From Iphione sp. A-MEVVRFRX5 (Eukaryota): a stretch of 64,000 nucleotides of DNA. The translations under genes were made by a program, and so were the position numbers. The notes beneath the pieces are model-generated. The model ran no database searches. It was not told the DNA's origin and worked only from the letters and a program-made list of their open reading frames with translations. Below are positions 39,072 through 52,300 of the stretch, piece after piece. Location: NCBI GenBank assembly GCA_976226885.1, contig OZ320322.1:47554001-47618000 (forward strand). Direction: 5' to 3'. Position 1 is the stretch's first letter, and every line of letters begins with the position of its first letter.

Positions 39072-39249
39072 CAGTGGAATCCCTCATTCATGACCAGCCT
39101 GTAATCAGAACATCCCACGTTATGCACAGACTGGAGACAAAATCTATTCTATATATTCGTGTTTAAAAACTCCTGCAATTACCGACATCCCACTTTGTGG
39201 ACAGTTTAGGGTCAGTCCCTTTGCTGTCCATATTACAGAGTTTCCACTG
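39072..39249. mobile_element. pogo/Tigger-type MITE (178 bp) with TA target-site duplication
   Basis: TA|CAGTGGAAT... left end and ...TTTCCACTG|TA right end are inverted termini. No coding capacity. Confidence 0.75.
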
Positions 39250-41164
39250 TATACACTTTTTCCACCTAAAAATGGCAGGTACAGGTATAAAGTTACAGAA
39301 TAAGTTTATAAACACTAGTATATGTCTGCATGTACTGCAATAGAGTATTGCATGCTGTGTACGTTTAAAAAGCTTCCTAGTAGCTAATGTTTTCTTCCAG
39401 GGGAGATCTCCAGGTGTAACAAAACAGATAGTATACATACGGTGTTCTTTTACCTGGAGAGACATGCTGAAAGGTCAATACTTGTACAAAAACCGCCAAT
39501 GCCACAAGCAAACTCCCCTCTGAAACTAAAATAGTTTGCGTGTCGTGCTTCGGGACTTTTTGCCACGGATCTCCGCTTTGTGCTCAAAGGGTACGAATTG
39601 TCTGTGTCACTAGATAGTCCGAAGAATGATAATCCAAAAGTATTTTATTTATAAATCGTTGGACCACTTGGTAATACCAACTGGAAAGTATTGTCTGCAC
39701 ACCTTCCATGACTAAGATTGGTACGAATGAACGAACAAATGAAATAATGAACAAATGACATATGAGATATAGATAATTAGGGTGTATGAATATGTGTGTG
39801 GACTTTATACCAACAATAAATCTTTTGCAAAAGGTTCCCAGTGTGCCTATTTCTCATTCCTATTTTGACACAATATTGACATGTTCTGCTTTTATAAAAT
39901 CACGTCAATTCGAAGGCAGACGTGTGATATTGAGGGACGCAGCGATTTATTCAGGGACGATAACGGTGCTTTGAGTGGTACAATATCAAAATGGGCAATG
40001 ATATCTGATGTGGTGAAGAAATGGTGCGCGAAAAAAAGGTTGAAATGGATGATCACCTGGATTCAGACAGTTTCGAGACTGGGCGGGTTGATGAGAAAGG
40101 TCACGAAGGTGCAGTCTCCCTGTCGGGGATGAGAGAAAGAGGCCACAGCTGAATAATACTCGAGAAAATGAGCGTTCATCATAAAATAATACCATACGGT
40201 GTGGTAGGAATGTAAAGCGGCAATACGTGTTTGTAGGGTTTAATCTCATATCACGGTAAGAGCGATTCGTTGATCAAGTGCGCGTGTTCGTATGTGTGTT
40301 TAGACGTTGCAACATTTTATTACATCGCGTGATTGGTCGTGAAGCAAACGGATGGGTAAATAAGCATGTTTACACACTTTACGTACCTCCTTTTTTTACA
40401 TGCAGTGCTGTCAGTGGTCCGTCATTCAGAATACTTACGTATATTGAGAGTTTACGAGCAGACTAAGGTTTTATTGTGAAACCATGGCATGTTATAGCGC
40501 AGGTGAATAAAGTTCTGGCAGACCTATCATCAACATCAACAGGTTACTGGGAATATATGACATTCGTGCTTTTACGACCGAAAACATGGCTTCGGCCAAT
40601 TGTCTATCCATACGTGGTATGTGGGTATGTGTGGGATGGTACATAAACGGGGGGATCATCTGGAGGTTCACTATGAATCTATGTAGGTTCACTATGAAAT
40701 AAATCTGTTTCCGCAGAAACAGACAAACATGTCCGCGTACATACAGTGTGCGCTTGAATTTACTCTCTCACTTCTTTGCTCGAATCCCCCGCCCCCCATA
40801 TCAACTTGCCTTGCACAAATGGAAACATAAACAATACAACAGTCCCTCAATAATCAACACTTTTGGTTCCTTAGGATTTCATCAGATGTATGGGAATTGT
40901 AATGTTATGGAGACATTTTCAGTTGATTTTTTTACAATTTGGTTTTGCTGGAGTGTATTATTTAAGCAGTAATGTTGATTATTAAAACTTGGGATAAGAG
41001 GGAATCATTGTAAACTTAAATGTGAAGATAATTTGTGATCACTGAGGTGGAACTGATGAAAGTAATGTTAAATACATGTGCCTATATAATCCTAACATAT
41101 AAATGTTGAAGTACGAGCCCACGGGATTACGTAATTTAAAGTACGATTTCGCAACAGAGAGAAC

Positions 41165-41166
<2 letters not shown>

Positions 41167-41209
<43 letters not shown>
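41167..41209. repeat. (GA)n microsatellite
   Basis: Direct reading. Confidence 0.97.
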
Positions 41210-41210
<1 letters not shown>

Positions 41211-44200
41211 AGGAGGGAGAGGGCAAGAGAGGGGGCAAGAGAGAGGATGTAGGGGTGGATTAAATGCATATATGGGTACACTTTATGTAAATGTCAGCCG
41301 CCATACTGCTCCATCGAAGACGCACCTTATTCAGCATGGCTTCTGTGATGGCAAGCACGACAGAAGACAAAAGCATCCATTCTGGGTGTGCACTTCCAGA
41401 AAAGGCAATCAAAAAGGTTCAACTGTACCCGTCAAGTTTCCCATGATCATGAGGTCAGCTAATTTTCCACGCTCCCCACCCCCCCACCCGCCAAATGAAC
41501 ATGATCACTATCAATCTTCCCACAGATTGCGATTGTGAGCGATGATTCACCCTAAGCGCCATGTATCTTTATCGAAATCGATGCAGCAGCAGAGGGTGCG
41601 TTTTCAATGTGAATTCCGGACGGGGGTGGGTGGAGCGGTTAGCATGCCTATGGGGCGCCATGCTTGAATTGCTGCTGTGCCGCAAGGTGATAAATACGCC
41701 GGCAAACGTAAGCGCTGTCTACTACTGAGACGGTTAATAACAGGAAGCGCCGCTTGCTACTTTCTGGTGATCTATATACCTCAGTTGGTGGAGAGAGAGA
41801 GTGTGTGTGGGGGAAAAACATCGCGGTTCAGATGGCGGTGTGGGACTAGCTGCTGGTATAACCCATCGACCGATGATTAACGCCGGGAGATTTACGGCGG
41901 GCCTTCCCAACTCCTTGCAGCTGTCCGTTTGCATCCCCCGCAGGATGCCTTTCTGGCGATTCTGACCGAATTTAGCTTTGGTCTACAATGGGGGGCGAAT
42001 GAAAGCCGAGTTGGTTTTTTGGATGCCATGTAACGCGCAGCTGTGAGATAAAAATCTGGGACGGTGAAGGTGTACTGCGGCGGCTCACGCGAAATGTGGA
42101 TCAGCGATTTTAGGTAAACGGAGACTACTTTTCCTGCGAAAAGGAGGGGGGGGGGCAAGTTAAGGCCATGGCGTGACCCTGGTCCCACTTGATGAGTTGC
42201 AGTGAGGTTTTGTTGTCGGGGGCGGGTGACAGACGCGACGGGTGCTTAGCCCGTCCTCCCTGCACCGGCCGGTTTGGAGTGACATCGGGATGAACACAAA
42301 TTTCAGCTCGCTGTACCCACCCATGCGCGACCGACCTCAGCATGAAGGATGTTAGTTGTGCACTAGGTCTCTCCTCGTTCCTGGTTTACTTTCCTTTTTT
42401 TTTTAAAAAAAAGACCAGGTGATATATTTTCCCGAGACCAAATATCATCCGATCATTACGCTTTAGATGATTATGACTGTTAGACACACCTGGGAACCTG
42501 ACGTCCATGGTCATTAGGCGAAAAACACCGTAACTTATTTCACTACCCATAGCGAATACGTTTTTTTGACTATGGAAGCGTTTGGACTGCAAATGTAGGA
42601 CACGCACTAGGAGAACAAGTTCTGCCTTCCAAGTCCTCCGTTTTAGACCTATAATTTCAAACAGTGGGTGGGAATTTTTACCGGAAATCAAAATATCCCA
42701 AGACTTCTTCGTCTACTGGATTGCGTCTGAAAACATTCATCTTTGACCAACCAACATCGTTAAGGATCGTCCTGCTCCTCAATTATCAAGGCCAGCGTGT
42801 TGTGTTCTGTGACGGACAGGGACTTCTGCTCGACGAAGGGTGACATGATAGCGCCCCCCCCCCCTTCACGCTGAGGACAACCGAGGCCAACCAAGCCAGC
42901 TATGGTGTCTGGCCAGGTAGGCGAACAGTTAGCGTCAGAGAGGCGCCCCTTACACATCAAGAAGCCCAACCGGTGCCAGCAAGGTAAGATCTTCTGCTGT
43001 CTCTACAGGCTTGGACAGGCCTGCATTTAAGTCACTCTCTTTTGTACATCTACTGACCGGTGAGTTTTCATCATCGCGTGTCATCTTTGTTCTTTTGTTT
43101 GGCTATCCTGTGTGTCCCCTCCTGAAAACACGTTCGACTCCGGTTTTGAATTTCACTTCGTGCTCGACATGGTATACGTTATCTTTTATTGGCCTTACTC
43201 TAGTTTACTTAATTAACTGTGATCGGCCAATTCTTAGCCTTCATCTTTCGTGAGGAACAACCACTTTCACCGGTCTAGAGCCGTTGTAAGCCGTGTTGTG
43301 TATATATAGAAAGATAAAATTTCATTACATTCAAAGGTCTCCTTTTTTATGTGTATTATCTCCAACTGTTAGCTACTGTTGAGCTCATTCACATGCTTTG
43401 AAAAGAAAACGACAGAATTTCTTTAAAATGTTGCCATTATTGGGGGGAGGGAGCTTCAGTAGAGGCTGTGGATACATACGTCAAAGGAACCTGTGTATCG
43501 ACTGAAACTATATACAAGGCTGCCCATCATGTGGTTAGAACCGCTGGTAAATTTACCATTTGATACCCCAAGTTTCACATGGTACCCCATTGTGTATGAC
43601 CGGTGAGGAATATGGCGAGTCCGACTGTGCATGTACAGAATGAATGATGGCATTGTGTGCTGTTTTTCATGATCGGTGAACCCTGACTTTCTAGCTGTAT
43701 GTATGTAGTTCCTATCGTAGCAACGAGGAAGTCCAGTCTCTGTTCGTAATCAGCCCTCACCAGTTTCAAGGTATAATAACCAAATATAATCACTCGACAC
43801 TCGACAGAACCCCCCCCCCCCTCCTGCTAAATGGAACAGGTTCCTACAAGTAGCAGGTCGTGACGAATAGATTCCCCCACATTTCTGTCGGCTTCATTAC
43901 TCATTTGAAGACGAGCGTTGCCGACCTGTTTTGACTCATCGCACGGCAGGTTTTGAGCGTGTGTGCGATTTTAACTGCTTCAATTATTCATGTCTTTACA
44001 GATGTGATGTTGCATGATACAGTGTGCATGATCTACATCCACTGGATATTTATTTTACGATATGTTTTCGACATGTCGGATGGTGTGCTCGTCTCTTCCC
44101 GATGATAAAGCTGTTTTGATGGTTAGATGAGGCTCGCTCTTAAACAACACAGTATACATGTATATGTATACCACACAGCTCATTCATGTTCCATTCTCCG

Positions 44201-45691
44201 CTTCAGTGGAATTTACTTCCTATCTACATTACGTTTCCTACACTGCCACGTATTACGGATGTGGCTTAGCTTGTCGTGGGTGCCGTCCTTTTTTGACGTT
44301 GTAATTCTCCACGTTTATGCCTATAAGAGTTGCCCTATTTTCACTCCTGGTTGTATTTATATAAAGGACTCTAGGACTCGCACGGTTTGAAGCTTGTACA
44401 GGTGCGATAGTACCTTTTTCTCTCCTTCGTATTCCCACCACGTTTCTAGTATAGAATCATCTCAAGATCTCCCAACGCTTCCATATGAGGCGTCTTTTTT
44501 GGCTAGGATCCCCTTCTTGAATTCTGATAGTTGAAATTGGGCTATAACGAGTGGGTGGTGGTGAGGGCAATTGGTCGAGTGGGTTGCAGACATGAATGTT
44601 TACTCCCTGTTGCCTCGGCTACTTTTCTTACTTCTCCAGGTACCAACCGACCCGGTATCGGTCTGGATCCCTCTGAGGTGGTAGTGACATAGGACAGGCC
44701 TAAAAAGGATCGCCACTAAAAGTAGACTCACCGTCAAATCATTCAACGATTAAATCATCATATGTAAACCAGTGTCAGAAATTTATCGCCAATCCCCTCG
44801 TGTCCCGGTCTTTCTCCAAGCTACACCAGACACGCTGTTTCATCTACGGTGGAACCCCGTTCGTCTGACGTCCAGCATATAGATAGGCGGAGCTACTTTG
44901 CCTATCAGCCAGTCTTTCTTTCTAGCAATTCATCAAAAAGAACTATTTTCCTCTTCCGTATCTACATACAAGTAGACTGTATCGATGTCCCTAGTGTACT
45001 CGTGAACAATTCATCAATGTACATCCATTCCAACAAGTCGATTCTTCTTTAAACAAAAAAGAAATTGGCATCAGATATGAAAAGAGGTATTGAATGACTA
45101 ATGCAATCGCCTTCGAAAACTATCCTCTTGGTATTATTCAGATGCTCCGTGAAGAGACATTTCAAAGCACCGAGGATGGGAGCCCTAGGCAATGTTGGTA
45201 CAAGTTTGTCCCCTCGGGGCCAACAAACAAATGCCTGTAATGAAATGGCGAATATGACTGGGAATTCGAGTCTCTTTGAAAGTAGTGAACTTTAATTTGA
45301 AAAGTTCTGGGATAGCCTCTGAGTCACCTTTTATCCATCCTATGATGTGAATATCCTTCCCTCGGTGTTTCCGGATTTGGGCACACATCACTCGCATGCC
45401 AAGTACGAAGGAAAAGATAAGCAATTAACCTTTTTCTCTGGCAATTGACACAGGAATGATAATATCAAAAAAATCGACTTGGAACTCTTGGTTTACCTTA
45501 ATAGCACGACCCTTTACGTTTCTTTCACCACGTGTGTCGTTGGGATGAATTACATGTTTGACCTGTCTGTTTGTAGAGTCATATATATATTCTGTTCTCT
45601 TCCCACCTATAGGTAACGAGGGGTCACGCGTGTCGATGGGTAGACGTTAGAAGGAGGTCACCACCAGGGGGTTCACTCCACGTGATCGAAA

Positions 45692-46316
45692 ATGGGGAAG
45701 AAGGACCCGATGAACCTGTACGAGACTATACCCGAGAAGGGCTCGTCGAACAAGAAGGCTGCAACGCCAGGCTCCTTCCAGCGGGAACGGGTGCGCTACG
45801 TCAAGGATCCACTGGGGGAGACCAAATATGCCTACCACATTAACTACATGGGTGACGGTCAGGGCAGCGGCCAGGGCAGCGGCGGAGGTCAGGCTGGAGG
45901 AGCAGGAGGACCGGACCAGGCCCGCTACGCCACCAACACGCCCTTCGAGCAGCAGGGCAGCCGCACGCTGCCCTCCAACATGAACAGCCGCCGGTCGGTG
46001 TCCGACGCCCCCCGGCGGGCGGTGGCCTTCTCCGGCGACGAGGTCATCCCACCGCCCAACAACTTTGTCGTGTCGGACCATGATACCTACCTGAACGATC
46101 CGCAGTCCCAGTACAACCGGGAGAACAATATGCACGGTGGGGCGACCCAGCCGTACCACCCTACCTCCTACGTGGTGGACGAGGCCGAGCAGAAGAACAT
46201 TGCCAAGGAGAAGCTCAAATCTGACAAGGGCTGCTGCTCGGCTCCACCCTGCTGGGCCTGGGTCATAATCTTTCTCTTCCTAGCCGTACTGGCCGCCGTG
46301 CTCTACCTTATATTTG
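45692..46316 (+). CDS. PAN-protein exon 1: cytoplasmic N-terminus and TM anchor
   Basis: MGKKDPMNLYETI...KEKLKSDKGCCSAPPCWAWVIIFLFLAVLAAVLYLIF, ending G|GTAAGT. Acceptor cctatag| at 45612 shows a spliced 5' UTR. Confidence 0.92.
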
Positions 46317-49300
46317 GTAAGTATACACTCCATGCTTCTATTCTATCCAGGATAAATACTGTACCACGTGGGAAAAAAGTCGTAAAACAAGTTCTACTTT
46401 TTCAAGTGTATTTTTTTGTATGTGGCCAAATGATAAAGATGTTCAAGATGCGTGTATAGATTGTAAAGGAACGAAAACTAACGAGGCTGTTCGGTGCCAG
46501 GAAACCATGTTTAAAGCACTTCCTACTAGATAGTAAAAAAGATCCGCTACAGAGACGAATAATTACTCCGATTACAATTTTGACTAATTTAAACAAGGAA
46601 CTTCAGTTAGATATGGGAAAGAGAAACGTCCCCACACATATAAGGTAGCGATAAGTCCGCCCATCCCACCCACTCCTGACGATCTAAGTGCCGGGACCTA
46701 TATTTACGGTTGGTTGCTGGGATTGCGGATCCGAAAAGGGAAAAAAGAAACACACGAAGCACGATTCTCACCTCCATTGTTCCATAACCAGTTTGGTAAG
46801 AGTCCTTCAGAACTAAGTCACCTACGCCTGGCAACCAGCATTATTCCTATGGTATACTGGGCGCGTGGTTGTCTCTGGGTACATTATATATATGACAGTT
46901 ATAATTATCCGAAGAGAAATTTTGGATATACATGTGTATTTAGGTGTAAGAAGAGGAGGTCGATAGTCTATAGCACATTCTTCGCTCACATTCGGCGAAT
47001 TCGAGCATGATTCACATATCCGATTTAATTCTTGGAACACTCTCTGTTGGGTGTGATAATTGTAGTTAATTTAAATATCTTATAATGACTTTTTCCCAAG
47101 CGTTAATTACTTGGCAGCAGTGTTTATTCCATGTATACTCCTTTACAGTATCTTATGCTTTACAAAGGAATCAATTTCGAGTGTACCAACCGACAAGCGA
47201 TAACAGTGTTATGATTCCAACAGAATTTATTTATGCTCACCTAGAATAGAGTAGGCCTAATGGTATATAAAACTAATACAACAAATTTTAGTCTACCGCC
47301 TTAGAGGACTGCTCTATTAATTTTCAACACGATTTTCTTTCTCGTTTTTCTAATGGGTCGATTTCACTGAAACGTGCCATATGACTAGTGCAATGTCATT
47401 TAGATAACATTTTGTTGTCATAGACAAGCGTCTTTGGCGATTGCACCCCCCCCCCCTTCCCACACACACACAGACACACACAAATGTAAAAAGTGTGGCT
47501 GACTGAAGGCTGATGGTTTACAACTTCGGTTCTGCATGACTGACTACAGGCTCACTGATACAAAGTGCCCTACATCAAGCTGAAGAATTAGTCCCACAAT
47601 CTGTAGTTTTTTTTCTTTCACACCCCTTCATATGTTACAAATCATATGCAATTCTTTACCATTTTAGAAGCATTGAAGTAATCAGTGGACAGAAAACCAA
47701 TTATTAAGTTTTTGATGAAGTCTCACACTTATGAGACCTCCTCCCCATGGCTCTACTACTTTCAGGCAACGTTTTATATAGGTAGTGTAACAAGATGAGA
47801 AACTGAGTGACTAAAATTAAGGAAACATTAATTATCATATGTAATAAGCATGTTTATCATATGTAATGTAAAGATGTGCATAGAGTATAAAGTGGTCCCT
47901 GCTTTAGATTGCTTTATATTTTGTTGGATATATAGGAGTTATCAGTTTATGGAACTATTTCAGCTGCTTTTTCATATTTGTTTCCCCGAGAACATTTTGG
48001 TTAAGCATTATTTATCACTTATAAAGTCATCGGATTAGAGGGGACCACTGCACACTATAGTACACGTCGTTGATTGTTTGGATTTGATTATTGTACTTAA
48101 ATAACTATGTCGTGGACAACATATCTAGAATGCTAGCTCAGGATCTGAATCATTTACTTTCAACTTTTGAATCCATCATCTTACGGAGTGAGTCAAAGGA
48201 AAGCAACTCATGGCCAAACAGCAAGAAATCAGCTTTATTGTTGTGTCAAGGAAAGGTGTTGAGAGACAATGCATTCTTTATGAATCCACAGATGAATTTC
48301 ATTCAGAAGAAAAACCTATACAATTTTACTATAAGAGCTGGTTTGTGATCTCAAAAACTATGACTTATTTTGAAGTTACTACGAAAATTATGTATATCCA
48401 TGTTATGTATTACATGTACTTTGGTTCAATAAGATTATGAACTAACACTATTTTTCTGCCATGCTATAATACTTTCAACTGTAGAATTATGACCGTTGTT
48501 TAGTGATGCCCAGTGATTTCACTTAAACACGTGGTGAAATGTCACCATTGTAACACCTCACTATTCCAGTATGATTTCAACCAAATTTACTTAGTACAGA
48601 ATGAAACCATTTGGTGTGGGGGAAAAACCCTCACAATTCTAGTACCCTCACTATTGCAGACGTAATCTTTTGGTACAAAGCAGTGTTGCAATATTGAGGT
48701 TTGCCTGTAGGCCTTCCATAGACATTACATGGGTTCAGTCTAGTAATTTTAAAATCAGTAATTAATTTTTGCATATAGTTGACAGAAAGGTTCGTTTCTT
48801 AGATGAATACTTTATAAGAATTATAGCAGTGTTCAGAATATTCTTCTCTTTCCTGATTTATATCACCATACCTGACCGTTTCCCCACGTTACATATCATT
48901 TGTGTGGAAGTTTGTTTTAGACCATTGGTCGAAATAAGGCTTTGCAGTGAATTGCTGATCCTGTTTCCCGCAAAGAACGTTTTACAGACATTAACGTTGT
49001 CCCATTTAATCTCTTTAGCGATGACTGCAAGCGTGTAAAACATACCACACGACAGCAAACCCCCTGGTGCCCCAACAGAAGGAATTAACCCCTAACAGTA
49101 GGATTCAACCCTTCGAACATAGTAACAAATCCCTTTCGATACATTACCAAAGGGAGACAAACAAAATAGGTCGACTAAATTGAGAACGTAAAACTATTCA
49201 GCGTCCGTGAATAATCGAGCCTTGACATCTGGAAAATGGATCGTCATTCCTCGATTTAACCCTAAATATTTTCATTTTTTTTTTAAAGGGATGCAACAGT

Positions 49301-52300
49301 ACTGGTATAGGTATTCTAATCGGGGATGATCTTGAACTGAGTAGACAGAAATCTGTCGCCCACTCGACATCATTTTAAAATAAATGAGGCGGTCCACTGA
49401 ATGTACCTGTCAATGATAACAAGTGAGCGAAGAAAACGTCGTTTTACAGGCTAACAGCTTCTTGTTAAAAACTTACTTTCAGTTCGAAAATGTCAGTATC
49501 TCGAGGGCATGTCATCAATCTTAAGGTACTCTGAGCAGCAGCAAGCTCTAGATACTAACAGCTTCTCTCTGCCAAAAGGCTGATTACGCTTAGATAGTTA
49601 AAAAGACATCAACGACATCTTGGTTTAGTGTGCTAGACTGCAGTAGATTCTCTCAAAGTATGGATGACATTGTTTCTCCAACACAAGAAAGGTCTTGTAA
49701 TACATCACATTTCCTGTCGCGGATTTCATATTGACTCTGAACTACATGTACATGATTTTATCTTGTTCACTCTCCTTTGCTGGTATGTAATGTCTAGAAG
49801 TATTCCAAAACCACTTTGTTATGAGATTGGCTTGAGTGGTGGGCACTTTTCAATGTAGGTGTGGGATTATGCAAATTCTTTATTACACATAAATTGAAAC
49901 TAAAAGCATGATAGACAGTTTCCATGTGAGAGGGAACCTTCAAGGACGTAACAATTCATGCTTTCTCCTACCGGTGACGTATCATCTAGCCTTTAATCAG
50001 TCAGAACCCACTGTTTCCATATCACTTCACCACGACCACTCTACTCCAAGGGCCAGTGCATTGTTCCCATTTCAGACCCTTATGCAAAGAGGTCTCAGTG
50101 ATATGTTCGAGAAAGTTGTTAGTAAATGTATTTATGTTGCGCTCCAAGGTGTTCCATCAAAAACATTGAAGTATTTCCTCCTCCAAAAATTTGGCTCTGG
50201 TTCAGCTTGCTGTGGCTGGACATCACGTGTTACATTATGCCAGCACGAACCCCAAATATTGTCCTGCTTCAGAAAATAATGTATGTGTTGCTTCTGAACC
50301 ATGAGAACATTACACATCTTTGATAAAGAAATGATAACTATATAGGTTTAAACTGCGCTACTTTCATGTCATATATGTTAGCTTACCACAATATAGTAAT
50401 CCAAGATTGTAAATTCATGCTCTTATTATCTTGCCAACACAGTGTCTGTCTTACTAAATATCTCAATATTCAAAGTCCATTACCTTCCACCTTTTGTTTT
50501 ATTGTGCTGCTCGCTCTCACATACCCTTTTAGTTTCACTAGAAGAATATCGGTACATTGTATACTGGAGAGGTGAAATAAAATATTTCATGCATTCATTC
50601 ATTCATTCATCTTGCATGGCCAGGAGATTTTATATCTATAGCATGGAGAAGCAAAACACGGTGATCAAAGTGTATACTTTGCAGTTGGCAAAATACAATA
50701 TTTGGTGCTTTTAAAATAGATATGTTGTTATTTCCAGCTCAAGTCCTAGTTCCACGCGCGCCGGGTAAGGCACTCCTTAACACGACAGTTACATCACAGG
50801 GAACAACAAAGACGACAGGGTCAAAGGGTTCTACGAGCTCGATGGGTACTTCTACCCCTGCATCAGCCCCTGATGAGACAGGTATACAAGTCCTGCTTGC
50901 ACTCTAGAACTCCCAGACTTTTACTCCTGTGTGATTTATGAGTACGTGTACATGTACCTGTGCTGGTATATGTAGTGGTAAAGAGTCTTTGGGAGAGACG
51001 GTTCCCAGTAGTACTGCCAAGTCCTTGACAAGTGGAGGGCTGCGATGCATTTAGGATTCATTGAGTTAGTTCTACCTGGACGCATTTAACTACTCGAAAT
51101 GTCTTTCCCTCATTCTCTTGGTGATTACCACCTAAAGAGTTTCAGTTAAGGGGAATGATTAACCTAAAAGGTACGAGGGTTGTCCGGGGGAAGTGGGTTT
51201 CAGCACGAGTGATCCAGTTAACTATGTCTTTCAGTCATCTAGGCCATACGTTTGGCTCTAGCATTCGACATGACCCGTGTCTAATACACTTCAATTAAAA
51301 CGAAATTACGTGCACCTTTCTGTGGTCATCAAGACCTCAATTACCTTGCCATTTGAACCTGAGGCGAACCAAGGTGTCAGTTGTAGTATTCTTGCTGCCC
51401 CAAACAGATTAAGTATACTTGAAGAACAATAAGAAAATTATTGTACTTCTTTCTTATGAAGTGTTATTTCAATCCTCCGTCTTTGTCAGAAACAAGCCAA
51501 GCCAGTAAACCAGTGCTAATCTGTTATGGTCGAGCTTTAAAGTTCCAGTGGATACGATTCAACCCAGCAGTCAATTCTTTCAGCAATCAGCCAAAAATTA
51601 ATTTGAATGACAATTAACATGATGAGTCAAGCAAGGGGAAATGCTTAAGTAGAGAAGCGATGCAGGTAATTTTCATTATACCTCCATTTCCTTGCCAGCA
51701 AATAATCATTTCCTAAATAATAATTTGCATCAGTTCATATGGAACAGGAGATTCACCTCCCTAAATAGAGGTCAGTGTTATTATTTCAAAAAGAGCATAA
51801 AGTTGCCACGTTGAGTTCTTGCCCCTGGCTGTCCTTCACCCGTGAAGGTTACGGTCGGGTAGCCATGCCTCACGAGAATATAAGACTAGATTAAGGATGC
51901 TTCCTTAGAGGGAAACTACCTCGGGTATAAGCGACAAGGGAATAAACCGGTTTTCAATATCCTCGCACTCTTTGCGGGGATAAAAACTGGCAAAAAATGA
52001 AAGAGTTTCAAAATTCTGTACTACATCTGATAATTATTTATATATCAAGATAAACAAAATATAAGACATTTACATATAAACATGTGTACACGTTCTGACG
52101 GGTGTCCACGTGCACTGATAACATCTTATGTAAATGAAAAAGTCAATCCGGTCTAGGCTGCCACTGTTTTCCCACCGATACTATAGCCATATTGCTATGG
52201 GTGACTGCACCCGCTGATGACCAAAGCATTTTGGTGTATATGCATTATTAGATATGGTTGCCAAGGTCAAATTAAGGTATTGAAACTCTTACACTTTAAT

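Noticed and set aside
41290-41460. BEL/Pao RT-like KP-x-IRCVFDGA on the minus strand
   Set aside because: One motif with an in-frame stop; insufficient without a search.
46402-47040. Several 64-98 aa ORFs in PAN gene intron 1 (and the in-frame read-through of exon 1 to 46459)
   Set aside because: They lie past a consensus G|GTAAGT donor, are AT-rich and show no domain features.
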